NCBI GenBank assembly: GCA_938015575.1
Contig: CALLPT010000177.1
Span: forward strand, 8,182 to 72,181
Source of the DNA: an uncultured Acidimicrobiales bacterium
Lineage (GTDB): Bacteria; Actinomycetota; Acidimicrobiia; Acidimicrobiales; UBA10347
Length of the DNA: 64,000 nucleotides
Reading direction: 5' to 3'
The notes beneath the pieces were generated by a model, which saw only the letters and a program-made list of their open reading frames with translations, had not been told where the DNA came from and made no database searches. The position numbers were made by a program, and so were the translations under genes. Positions 55,809 to 64,000 of this stretch are shown in pieces (position 1 is the first letter of the stretch; each line of letters starts with the position of its first letter).

Positions 55809-56962
55809 TGGCGGTATCGACCGAAGTCGGACGGCCCGGAGCGGCCGTCGACTCACTGACTTCAGCACTGATCGACGCGAACGACCGACTCCTCGGTCTG
55901 CTCGCCTTGATCACCGACGAAGCGCCCGGATCGCTGGACAACGACGTCCTGATCACGGCGATCGTCGATCGCGCTGCCCCGATTCTCAAACTCGACCGCG
56001 TGACGGTCAACGGGGCGGCCGATTACGAATGGGGCTCGGACGTCGACGATGCCAAGGGATCGTGGACCTCTACCCATGCCATCCCTGAGCAGGGCGACGT
56101 TGACATCACGTTCAAGCGCCGCGGGTCCCGGTTCAACACCGGCGACACCAAATTGCTCAGTGCCGTCGCCAAGCTGATGAGCAACGCGATCACGACCGCG
56201 CGGATGCACCGTGCGGCGATGGACCAGGCAATGATGGCAAAGGAGCATGCGACCGCAGCTCGTATCACCGCAGCCGCACTTCCGGATCCGGAGCGCATAC
56301 CGCAGATCGACGGGTTGAGCTGCTTCGCCAACTTGGTGCCAGCTCGCACAACCGGTGGTGACCTGTACGCGTGGCGCGAGATCGACGGCAAGCTGTGGTT
56401 CGCGCTGGGCGACGTTTCCGGCAAAGGCTTGCCAGCCGCGGTACAGATGTCGACGATTACGAGCGCTCTCGACGCCGGCTTCCGCCAGCACCACACCGAT
56501 GGCCCCGAAGAAGTCATCGCCGCAGTTGGGCGCTGGGTCCACCATCGACTCTCCGAGTCGGGCATGTTCGTGACGCTCGCCGTTGGCAGCTTCGATCCGC
56601 ACACACGGACCCTCTGCATTGCGAACAGCGGCCACAGCCCGATCGTGTATCGCCGCAACGCCAAGTGCAGACGCATCGACGCGACGGCACCTCCGGTCGG
56701 GGTAATCGAGGGCATCCCTACGATCGAGACCGTGATCCAGGTGGAACAGGACGATCTCTTGGTGCTCGCCACGGACGGCTTCACCGAACAGGACAATCTC
56801 GCCGGCGAGATGTACGGCGAAGATCGCTTCGATGACACGATCGCCCATGCGGTCGGCAGTGCACCCGAAGTAGGTACGTTCCTGCTGAACGAACTCGCCG
56901 CACACGGCATCGACTGCGAACAGTCCGACGACCGCACGCTCATGGTGCTGCACTTCTCATGA
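55808..56962 (+). CDS. PP2C-type (SpoIIE/RsbU-like) serine phosphatase with GAF-like N-terminal domain
   Basis: TGATG overlap with STAS-1. GGDLYAW...FALGDVSGKGLPAA...LVLATDGFTE...SDDRTLMVLHF. Confidence 0.85.
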   Translation: MAVSTEVGRPGAAVDSLTSALIDANDRLLGLLALITDEAPGSLDNDVLITAIVDRAAPILKLDRVTVNGAADYEWGSDVDDAKGSWTSTHAIPEQGDVDITFKRRGSRFNTGDTKLLSAVAKLMSNAITTARMHRAAMDQAMMAKEHATAARITAAALPDPERIPQIDGLSCFANLVPARTTGGDLYAWREIDGKLWFALGDVSGKGLPAAVQMSTITSALDAGFRQHHTDGPEEVIAAVGRWVHHRLSESGMFVTLAVGSFDPHTRTLCIANSGHSPIVYRRNAKCRRIDATAPPVGVIEGIPTIETVIQVEQDDLLVLATDGFTEQDNLAGEMYGEDRFDDTIAHAVGSAPEVGTFLLNELAAHGIDCEQSDDRTLMVLHFS

Positions 56963-57372
56963 TGACGACCGCGCTGCTCACGCTCAAGGCCGACTATGAG
57001 TCGATGCGCGCGATTGGGCCGTGGCTCGAGGAACAGGTGCAGGCGATCGGCGCCGATCACCTCGCCGGCCGGGTGAGCGAGTTCGAGCTCGCCGTGCACG
57101 AGCTGGCTGTGAACATCGTCGACCACGCCTTTGACGACGAGACCCGCGCCGGCGCGACCTTCGACATCACCATGCATTGCAACGACGACAAGGCCCTGGT
57201 TGTCAACTTCGTCGACCGCGGCATCGCGTACGACTCGGCGGACAAGCCCGTGGTCGGCGACGAGCCGACCATCCGTGGCTATGGCCTCTTCATCGTCGAA
57301 CAGCTCGCTACTTCCATCGACTACGCACGCCGCGACGACGCCAACTACTGGACGCTCGTCTTCGGTGGCTGA
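56959..57372 (+). CDS. RsbW/SpoIIAB-like anti-sigma serine kinase (HATPase_c_2)
   Basis: ATGA overlap with the phosphatase. ELAVHELAVNIVDHAF (N box), VDRGIAYD, GYGLFIVEQLATSIDY. Confidence 0.8.
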   Translation: MMTTALLTLKADYESMRAIGPWLEEQVQAIGADHLAGRVSEFELAVHELAVNIVDHAFDDETRAGATFDITMHCNDDKALVVNFVDRGIAYDSADKPVVGDEPTIRGYGLFIVEQLATSIDYARRDDANYWTLVFGG

Positions 57373-57427
57373 GCGAACCGTCTCGAAAACCCTCAAACCC
57401 CCGTCATTCCAACCGATAGGAGTCACT

Positions 57428-57766
57428 ATGAGCCTCCCAACGTCGTCCTTCGACATTCGAATCAACACGATCACGATCGATGGTCGCCTCGACGCAATGC
57501 GTGCAGTTGACCTGCGCGAGGAGATTGACGAGACGATCGAAAGCGGCGTTGTCCGTCTGATCGTCGACCTCAGCCGCGCGGACTTCGTCGACAGTGCCGG
57601 CCTTGCCGCGCTCGCCAAGGGGATGAAGGATTGCCGTGGTGCCGGGGGCGATCTTCGCGTCGTTGCAGCCCAGAACCCCGACGCAGCTCGCGTGTTCCAG
57701 CTCACCCGCTTCGACCAGGTGTTCCGCATGGCGGACTCGGCCGAGGATCTCGTCGCGACGTGGTAG
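57428..57766 (+). CDS. STAS-domain anti-sigma-factor-antagonist-like protein (copy 2)
   Basis: ATG 57428 is preceded by TAGGAGTCACT. DFVDSAGLAALAKG carries the conserved Ser (DSAGL). The listed longer ORF (57131) overlaps the kinase gene. Confidence 0.85.
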   Translation: MSLPTSSFDIRINTITIDGRLDAMRAVDLREEIDETIESGVVRLIVDLSRADFVDSAGLAALAKGMKDCRGAGGDLRVVAAQNPDAARVFQLTRFDQVFRMADSAEDLVATW

Positions 57767-58140
57767 TCCTGGTCGTCGACGACGATCCGGTCAGCCGGCT
57801 TGTCGCTGAACACATTTTGCGTAGCGGCGACCACACCGTTATCGGAGCCGAGAGCGCCGAAGAGGCTCGCGAGGTACTCGAGGCCAACGGTAACGACGTG
57901 CAGCTCATCGTGTGCGACTACAACATGCCCGGAGCATCGGGCCTCGACCTGCTCGAAGAGATCCATCGCGATGCGGTGGTGACCCCATGCCCGCCGTTCG
58001 TGCTGATCACCGGTGTGGGCGAAGAAGACGAGCTCGATGACGAACGAGCATCACAAGTGTCGGGCTACTTGACCAAGCCTGTGCAATCGGGCGAACTGAT
58101 CGCCTTGGCGAGCGAGCTCGCTGCCACTCCCGTCGACTGA
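57760..58140 (+). CDS. stand-alone response-regulator receiver domain protein
   Basis: GTG 57760 overlaps the STAS-2 3' end by 7 nt. VLVVDDD...LIVCDYNMPGASG...VLITG...YLTKP contains all the receiver signature residues. Confidence 0.8.
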   Translation: MVVLVVDDDPVSRLVAEHILRSGDHTVIGAESAEEAREVLEANGNDVQLIVCDYNMPGASGLDLLEEIHRDAVVTPCPPFVLITGVGEEDELDDERASQVSGYLTKPVQSGELIALASELAATPVD

Positions 58141-58154
58141 CCACACCGTCGGTG

Positions 58155-58194
58155 TTGCCACTGGCGGTTGCTTTTCCTGCTAATTGTACGTACA
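58155..58194 (+). promoter_or_regulatory. candidate promoter (TTGCCA - 17/18 nt - TGCTAAT) followed by palindrome TGTACGTACA
   Basis: AT-rich island between the REC and SulP genes. -35 at 58155-58160, -10 around 58178-58184, and a 10-bp perfect palindrome at 58185-58194. Confidence 0.4.
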
Positions 58195-58203
58195 TTTGTA
58201 TGT

Positions 58204-59463
58204 ATGAACTTCGCCGCCCCTCCAACGCTCGGCGCTGACATGCAGGCGGGCGTGACGGTTGCTGCGCTACTGGTCCCTCAGGCCATTGCCTATGCGTTGC
58301 TCGCCGGGCTTCCCCCGCAGGTCGGCCTGGCCGCCGCAACCATCCCCCTTCTCGCCTACGCCGCGCTCGGAAGGTCTGCCCACCTAGCGGTCGGGCCCGT
58401 CGCCCTCGTGTCTCTGCTCACCGCTACTGGGCTGGCCGACAGCGGTGCCGAAGATCTCATCGCTGCGGCCGGCATGCTCGCCATCCTGGTCGCCGCGATC
58501 CACGGCGTCGTCGCCGTAGTTGGCCTCGGTCGCCTCGCCAATCAGATCGCACCGGGCGCAATGAGCGGGTTCACGAGCGCCGCAGCACTTCTGATCGGCT
58601 TCGCTCAGCTGGCCAACCTGACCGGAACTTCGCTCGACCGGGCGAGCACCGTGGGTGCTCACTTGACCAACATCCCCCAGGCGATCGCCGATGTCGACGG
58701 AGCCACCGCCGCACTCTCCATTGCTTCGATCGCCGCGCTCATCGCACTACGACGCACACGTCTTCCTGGAGCGCTCTTGCTGGTCTTGGTTGCGACGGGG
58801 CTCTCCGCGGTGCTCGGCTCCGAGCTTTGGGCCAGCGTCGGCGAGATCCCCCGAGCGCTACCGACGCCGCGCTGGTCGGGATTCGACCTGGCGCTCGCCA
58901 TCGACCTGGCGCCGACCGCGGTGATGATCACACTCATCGGCTCCCTCGAGTCGTTCGCCGTGATCGGACGCTATGCACGCCCTGGCGACGAACTCACACC
59001 CAACCGAGAGCTCGCCGCCCTCGGCGCAGCCAACCTGGCGGCGGGCCTCGTCGGCGGTTACCCGGTGACGGGTGGCCTCTCACGCACGGCCGTGAACGCC
59101 TCGGCCGGAGCCCAGACCCGACTCGCCGGGGCCATCACGGCCATCGGCGTGCTCGTGACTACTGCGTTCTTCACGCCGTTGCTTTCCTCGCTACCAAAGG
59201 CAGCCCTGGGCGCCATCATCGTCGTCGCCGTCGTCGGCATGATCGACATCGATGGCGGGGTGGCCCACTTGCGGGGCGCCACCTGGCTGCCGTTCGCCGT
59301 GAGCTTGCTCGCCACTGCCGTCTTCGGGGTCAAGGTCGGACTCGTCGCCATCGTGGTCGTATCCGTCGTCTGGAACCGCACTGCCCGGCGGGACCGCGCT
59401 GAGCGACCGGGCGACGATGACAGCTCGGCTCCTCTGTCATATCCAACACATACAAAGGCATAG
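58204..59463 (+). CDS. SulP-family anion transporter lacking the usual C-terminal STAS domain
   Basis: ATG 58204 gives 419 aa. GVTVAALLVPQAIAYALLAGLPPQVGL...LAVGPVALVSLL is the SulP signature. The ORF ends about 35 aa after the last TM helix. Confidence 0.85.
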   Translation: MNFAAPPTLGADMQAGVTVAALLVPQAIAYALLAGLPPQVGLAAATIPLLAYAALGRSAHLAVGPVALVSLLTATGLADSGAEDLIAAAGMLAILVAAIHGVVAVVGLGRLANQIAPGAMSGFTSAAALLIGFAQLANLTGTSLDRASTVGAHLTNIPQAIADVDGATAALSIASIAALIALRRTRLPGALLLVLVATGLSAVLGSELWASVGEIPRALPTPRWSGFDLALAIDLAPTAVMITLIGSLESFAVIGRYARPGDELTPNRELAALGAANLAAGLVGGYPVTGGLSRTAVNASAGAQTRLAGAITAIGVLVTTAFFTPLLSSLPKAALGAIIVVAVVGMIDIDGGVAHLRGATWLPFAVSLLATAVFGVKVGLVAIVVVSVVWNRTARRDRAERPGDDDSSAPLSYPTHTKA

Positions 59464-59470
59464 TTGCATC

Positions 59471-59944
59471 ATGATCGACCTGTTCCCCGATCGACTCCCG
59501 TGGTGGATCGCCGGACCCGCGCTCGGTGTCCTGATCGTCGTGCTGTTCGTCGTCGCGAATCAGCCCCTCGGCGCGAGCGGCGCCTACGTACAAACCAGCG
59601 GTTTCCTGCGCCGCCGCGATGGCGTCGCCATGTGGCGAGTCTGGTATTTCGTCGGCATGTTTGCCGGCGGTTTCCTCGTCACGCAGGTGCTCCGCTCCGG
59701 CCGTGAGCTTCGCACCGGCTACGACGCGCTGCGAGACGCCTTCCCCCTCGGGATCGTGGTGCCGATGGTCTTCGCCGGAGCAATCCTGCTTGGGTACGGG
59801 GCTGGCTTGGCCGGAGGGTGCACGTCGGGCCACGGCCTGTGCGGCACCGCTCAACGCTCACGAGCAAGCGTCGCGGTCACCGCGACCTTCATGGCGACCG
59901 CCATTGCAACGACCGCCGTGTTGCAGATCGTGACCCCGCTGTGA
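59471..59944 (+). CDS. YeeE/YedE-family sulfur-compound transporter component (half-size)
   Basis: PLGASGAY and GLAGGCTSGHGLCG motifs. 157 aa from ATG 59471. Confidence 0.8.
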   Translation: MIDLFPDRLPWWIAGPALGVLIVVLFVVANQPLGASGAYVQTSGFLRRRDGVAMWRVWYFVGMFAGGFLVTQVLRSGRELRTGYDALRDAFPLGIVVPMVFAGAILLGYGAGLAGGCTSGHGLCGTAQRSRASVAVTATFMATAIATTAVLQIVTPL

Positions 59945-59976
59945 TCGCGCCAGAGGGTACGAAGAAGCATCGCCGC

Positions 59977-60414
59977 ATGAACATGATCGGGCTCGTCAGC
60001 GGGCTTCTGTTTGGCGGAATCCTGGCCGGCGCCAACCTGCACGAGTTCGACTCGATTCACAACTTCCTTCGACTCGACGACCTCTACATCGCCTGGTTTA
60101 TGGGCTCGGCCATCGCCGTATCAGCTCCGATGCTCTGGTGGCTTGAGCGTCGCGGGGTCGAGACACCGCTCGGCGGACGACTCGCCCTGTCCCGGTCGCT
60201 GCCCGAAGCTCGCCATTTCAAGGGCGGCGCAATCTTCGGACTCGGTTGGGCAATCGCCGGCACCTGCCCAGCACCTGCGCTGGTCATGGTGTCGTCGGGC
60301 GCGCTGCTCGGGCTCGTCGCCATCGCCGGCATCTTCGTCGGTTTGCATCTTCGGGAGCGCCAGGCCCTGCGCGAGCTCGTGGACTTGACCGAGCAAGTAC
60401 CCGCGCACCGCTGA
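59977..60414 (+). CDS. YeeE/YedE-family partner (second half, DUF6691-like)
   Basis: MNMIGLVSGLLFGGIL...GGAIFGLGWAIAGTCPAPALV. 145 aa from ATG 59977. Confidence 0.75.
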   Translation: MNMIGLVSGLLFGGILAGANLHEFDSIHNFLRLDDLYIAWFMGSAIAVSAPMLWWLERRGVETPLGGRLALSRSLPEARHFKGGAIFGLGWAIAGTCPAPALVMVSSGALLGLVAIAGIFVGLHLRERQALRELVDLTEQVPAHR

Positions 60415-60434
60415 CGCACCACTACGGTCTCGTC

Positions 60435-61325
60435 GTGACCAAGGATCTCAAGTTCGGATGGCTGTCACCGGTCATCGGTAACCGTTGGAGCGATCATCAG
60501 CCGATCGTGATGTACCAAGAGCGCAACGTGCTTCCGCAGGCGCTCCCCCACTTCGATTCGCTGTGGATCGCCGACCACTTCTATGGCTTCGATGCCAAGA
60601 CCGACCCATTCCTCGAGGCCTGGACGACGCTGACCTGGATGGCCGCGAAGTTCCCTGACGTGATGCTCTGCCATCACGTGCTCGGTGTCGGGTACCGACC
60701 GCCGGCCCTCACGGCCAAGATGGCGGCAACGCTGCAGGTGCTTTCGGACAACCGTTTCATCCTGGGCATCGGGGCTGGCTGGCGTGGCGACGAGTACGAG
60801 GCCTACGGCTACGACTTCCCCAAGCCGTCGGTTCGTTTTGCCCAACTCGACGAGATGCTGCAGATCTGCAAGCTCATGTGGACCGAAGACGAGCCATCGT
60901 TCTCAGGCGAGCACTACTCGATCGACGGCGCCTCGGCCCCGCCCCTGCCGAGCGTGGTGCCGCCGATCTGCATCGGGGCAAGCGGCGAGAAGATCGGCCT
61001 GCCGCTTGCGGGCCGCCACGCCGACATCTGGAACGGCTTCGCCCGAGGCGAGGGCGACTGGAAGGACATCTGGCGTCGAAAGCTCGACATCGTGATGACC
61101 TCGGCGACCGACGCCGGACGCGATCCGCATCAGATCGATGTGTCGACGACGCTCGAGCGCTCGCTGCCCGAAGACGATGCAGCCGCCGAGCAGCTGCTCG
61201 AAGAACTGTCGGTTTGGGTCGAGCTGGGCGCCAATTACTTCGTGATGGACTTCGGCCATCCGCCGACCGCCGAGCACGTCCCCCGTTTCGTCGAACAGGT
61301 CATGACGCCGCTTCGCAACGCATAA
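60435..61325 (+). CDS. LLM-class flavin-dependent oxidoreductase
   Basis: GTG 60435 gives 296 aa. FDSLWIADHF, SDNRFILGIGAGW, PPICIGASGEK. Confidence 0.8.
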   Translation: MTKDLKFGWLSPVIGNRWSDHQPIVMYQERNVLPQALPHFDSLWIADHFYGFDAKTDPFLEAWTTLTWMAAKFPDVMLCHHVLGVGYRPPALTAKMAATLQVLSDNRFILGIGAGWRGDEYEAYGYDFPKPSVRFAQLDEMLQICKLMWTEDEPSFSGEHYSIDGASAPPLPSVVPPICIGASGEKIGLPLAGRHADIWNGFARGEGDWKDIWRRKLDIVMTSATDAGRDPHQIDVSTTLERSLPEDDAAAEQLLEELSVWVELGANYFVMDFGHPPTAEHVPRFVEQVMTPLRNA

Positions 61326-61381
61326 CCAGCCAGTCGGCGCCAGCCGAGACTCGGTTAGTAAGCGAAGCGAACGGCGGCGAC

Positions 61382-61405
61382 GGGACCCTCACGAATGAGG
61401 GTCCC
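61382..61405 (+). terminator. stem-loop GGGACCCTCA-cgaa-TGAGGGTCCC downstream of the LLM gene
   Basis: Perfect 10-bp stem. The downstream T-run is weak (GGTATTTGGTTGTGTTGTG). Confidence 0.45.
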
Positions 61406-61470
61406 GCTGTGGCGCTGGTATTTGGTTGTGTTGTGCGCTGATGGATCAGCGCGCGAGCCGTGTCCCCGGC

Positions 61471-61644
61471 TCACTCATCGAGTGGTATCCACTCGAGATC
61501 TAGTTGGTGCTCGTCGCTGCGGCGCTGGCTGACGCCGAGTGCAAGCAGGCCACCAATGACCACGAGCAACATGGCGAGCATGAGAACCCCAAGGGGGTCC
61601 GAGCTGGCCGAAGCTTGTTCGGTGGTGGCGGTGAGGAGCATCAT
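61471..61644 (-). CDS. possible 57-aa single-TM protein
   Basis: ATG 61644 is preceded by GGAGTCCTTGAC. Sequence MMLLTATTEQASASSDPLGVLMLAMLLVVIGGLLALGVSQRRSDEHQLDLEWIPLDE. It is the only credible part of the listed 280-aa antisense ORF. Confidence 0.3.
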   Translation of the reverse strand: MMLLTATTEQASASSDPLGVLMLAMLLVVIGGLLALGVSQRRSDEHQLDLEWIPLDE

Positions 61645-61807
61645 GTCAAGGACTCCGTCGGCGTCCAGGGGTCCGTTTGGAGTAGTCCCTGCGGATATGG
61701 GACAGATGGCCTGGGCCGGCCGAATCTGGCCCTGCCCTTCTGCGCCAGCTGCGAGAAAAATCTCGACTCCGGGAACCAACCCCCGGTTCGAACACGTCTC
61801 AACCACC

Positions 61808-63655
61808 ATGACGCACACCTCTGCCTCCCAATCCAGCCGCCTGCGCCAACTGCTCATTGCTCTGTTGGCGCTCGCGCTCCTTGCCACGGCCTGCGGCGGT
61901 GCCGGCGAGGACCGCGCCGACAGCGTGACCGACGCAGCCTCTGACGCAGCCGACGCGGCCGAAGACGCAGTCGAGGACTCCGCCGCGGCCGTGATGCCAA
62001 CGACGCCGCCGCTCGCGTTCGAGTCCGATGATGCGATGGACGAAGAAGATGCCATAGCCGAAGAGGCCGGCGCGGTCGAGGACCGTGCCGGCGAGGCGAT
62101 GGACGAAGAAGAGGCCATGGACGACGACGAGGCCTCCTCCTCGTTTGCCCCCCAGCCCACATCGGTGTCCCAAGGTGGCCTCGACAGCGAAGCGGCGACC
62201 GATGCCGAGGCTCCCGAAGACGACGGCGATGCCGAGGGCCTGTTCGTCGATCCCGAGATCGAACCGATCCGACCCGAACCAACCCCGGACCGACTCGAGG
62301 ACAATCGGTTCACCGACTACGGCTATCGCCGCTTCATCGACGCCGACCAGGATCCTTTCTCGACCTTTGCCCTCGACGTCGACACCGGGAGCTACACGGT
62401 CGTACGCCGCTGGTTGAACGAGGGAGTCATGCCACCGCCCGAAGCCGTACGGGTGGAAGAGTTCATCAACTGGTTCGACTATGACTACGACGTGCCTCGC
62501 CGTGGCCTCGAGGTCACCGTCGACGGCGGCCCGTCGCCCTTCGACGACGAGAACATTCTGGTGCGAGTCGGGGTGCAGGCCGAGGTCGTCGCCGACAACG
62601 AACGTCCGCCGGTATCGCTGACCTTCATCGTCGACACGAGTGGCTCGATGGATCGTGATGACCGACTGGGCCTGGTCCGCGAGTCGCTGCACACGCTCGT
62701 CGATGAGCTCGACGATGACGACCGGGTTGCCATCGTCGTCTACTCGAACGACTCGGGTGTCCTGCTCGAGCCGACCGAGGTCCGCAACGAGGGCCGCATC
62801 CACGACGCGATCGACAGCCTGCGTCCCGGCGGCTCGACGAACCTCGAGTCCGGCCTGCGTGAGGGTTACCAGCTCGCCGCCGAGGCGTTCCGTTCCGACG
62901 GCATCAACCGAGTGATCATCGCCAGCGACGGTGTCGCCAACGCCGGCATCACCGACGAGCGCGAGCTCAGCCGCTACATCCGGGGCTATGCCGACGAAGG
63001 CATCCAGCTCGTGACCGTCGGCTATGGCATGGGCAACTTCAACGACACGATGATGGAGCAGCTCGCCGACAATGGTGACGGGTTCTACGCCTATGTCGAT
63101 TCGGCTGACGAGGCCGAGCGGCTGTTCGAAGACGAACTGACCTCGACGCTCGTGACCGCCGCGATCGACGCCAAGATCCAGGTCGAGTTCGATCCCGATG
63201 TTGTCGACGAGTACCGCCTGATTGGTTTCGAGAACCGGGGCGTACGCGACAGCGACTTCCGTAACGATGCCGTCGATGCGGGTGAGCTCGGCGCCGGCCA
63301 CCAGGTGACGGCGATGTACGAGGTAACGCTGCGTCGAGGCGTGACGCTCGACGATCGGGGCGACATCGGCGAAGTGTTCCTGCGCTGGGAAGACCCTCAG
63401 ACTCGTGAGGTCATCGAGATCGACGAAGACATCGACCTCCGCGACATTGAACAGAACTGGGCTGACACATCGGTGGACTTCCAACTCGCCACGGTGGTTA
63501 CGGCGTTCGGCGAGGTCATGCGAGACAATCCCTACGCCGACGACGTCAACCTGTCGAACATCCACGTCGAGGCCGGGCGCGTTGCCGACAAGATCAATGC
63601 CGACAAGGTCGATGAGCTGGTGGAGCTGCTCGAGATCGCCCGCCGGGTGTACTGA
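61808..63655 (+). CDS. YfbK-like von Willebrand factor A domain lipoprotein with acidic N-terminal region
   Basis: ATG 61808. Probable lipobox LLATAC. DPFSTFALDVDTGSY, MPPPEAVRVEEFINWFDY, and MIDAS IVDTSGSMD...GGSTNL...ASDGVAN. Confidence 0.85.
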   Translation: MTHTSASQSSRLRQLLIALLALALLATACGGAGEDRADSVTDAASDAADAAEDAVEDSAAAVMPTTPPLAFESDDAMDEEDAIAEEAGAVEDRAGEAMDEEEAMDDDEASSSFAPQPTSVSQGGLDSEAATDAEAPEDDGDAEGLFVDPEIEPIRPEPTPDRLEDNRFTDYGYRRFIDADQDPFSTFALDVDTGSYTVVRRWLNEGVMPPPEAVRVEEFINWFDYDYDVPRRGLEVTVDGGPSPFDDENILVRVGVQAEVVADNERPPVSLTFIVDTSGSMDRDDRLGLVRESLHTLVDELDDDDRVAIVVYSNDSGVLLEPTEVRNEGRIHDAIDSLRPGGSTNLESGLREGYQLAAEAFRSDGINRVIIASDGVANAGITDERELSRYIRGYADEGIQLVTVGYGMGNFNDTMMEQLADNGDGFYAYVDSADEAERLFEDELTSTLVTAAIDAKIQVEFDPDVVDEYRLIGFENRGVRDSDFRNDAVDAGELGAGHQVTAMYEVTLRRGVTLDDRGDIGEVFLRWEDPQTREVIEIDEDIDLRDIEQNWADTSVDFQLATVVTAFGEVMRDNPYADDVNLSNIHVEAGRVADKINADKVDELVELLEIARRVY

Positions 63656-63658
63656 CCG

Positions 63659-64000
63659 TTAGCGCAGCAGCGCTTCGAGGGCGATCTGCTCGGCTCGCGC
63701 CACGACCTGAGGGCCGATCTCGCGGTTCGTCCTCGGGTACCCCTTGGCCAATGCGACGACGTCGCTCGTGGGCTCAACCACGACCACGTCGACGCCGTCG
63801 GAGCGCAGCTGCGCTACTTCGTCATCGAGTTGGCGGCGACTCCGCAGCCGCACGAGGCCACGTCCGGGTTGCGTCATGGTCGACGAGATGATCGCCCGGC
63901 GCAGACCTCGACCAACGAGCAGGTCAGCATTGGTGGCCGACGCCACGGCCCCGTCGACGAAACGTTCCGCTCCGATCGGGCGAGGGGCGAACATTGCCGG
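63659..64000 (-). CDS. patatin-like phospholipase, partial (N-terminal part beyond the right edge)
   Basis: The frame is open to the window edge. FVDGAVASATNADLL resembles the patatin catalytic-Asp DG[GA] block. Confidence 0.5.
   Translation of the reverse strand, partial: PAMFAPRPIGAERFVDGAVASATNADLLVGRGLRRAIISSTMTQPGRGLVRLRSRRQLDDEVAQLRSDGVDVVVVEPTSDVVALAKGYPRTNREIGPQVVARAEQIALEALLR

Noticed and set aside
56023-57966. 647-aa minus-strand ORF (and 55862..56953, 363 aa)
   Set aside because: It spans four well-supported + strand genes (PP2C, kinase, STAS, REC) and has Ser/Arg/Ala-rich junk composition.
61775-61800. CCCCCGGTTCGAACACG, T-loop-like GGTTCGAA
   Set aside because: It has no cloverleaf context. 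It sits just upstream of the vWA start codon.
61799-63565. 588-aa minus-strand ORF
   Set aside because: It is antisense to the vWA/YfbK-like gene, which has a MIDAS motif and lipobox. No motifs are recognisable in the antisense frame.

Overview
GC-rich chromosomal segment with actinobacterial-type gene content and strong G/C preference at third codon positions. I call about 60 protein-coding genes. I could not recognise any rRNA, tRNA, CRISPR array, transposase or integrase by eye. Backbone genes are: a partial TPR gene missing from the supplied ORF track, an rlmI-like methyltransferase, an acyl-CoA dehydrogenase, an MprAB-like two-component pair, maf, dus, a DUF4012 membrane protein, the conserved rpsF-ssb-rpsR-rplI / dnaB block, panB, cca, a deacetylase/GNAT pair, and two PAS-GGDEF cyclases. 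Further along are a BMP-type ABC importer with an amidohydrolase, a MarR-azoR-pirin-VOC operon, LLM oxidoreductases, a bis-MGD-type molybdoenzyme, a SulP plus split YeeE/YedE sulfur-transport block, a YfbK-like vWA lipoprotein and a partial patatin gene. Two loci look like candidate undescribed systems. (i) At 47.9-59.5 kb, a secreted LTD-CotH-dockerin protein is translationally coupled to a cytoplasmic REC-HPt protein. It is followed by a GT4-flippase-GT2 glycan cassette, then a tightly overlapped sigma-factor-less partner-switching operon (STAS, GAF-PP2C, RsbW-like kinase, STAS, REC), then a STAS-less SulP. (ii) At 19.1-22.9 kb, a three-gene envelope operon encodes a polytopic membrane protein, a small secreted protein and an 810-aa DUF2341-like secreted protein. 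The two secreted products carry the same decapeptide (x-I-[IF]-[IV]-Q-N-[FH]-M-E-[AG]) at residues 36-45, directly after their signal peptides. Many long ORFs in the supplied track are antisense shadows typical of high-GC DNA. Several starts were moved downstream where the listed ORF ran into the preceding gene. All functional calls rest on my recognition of family motifs in the translations; no database search was run.
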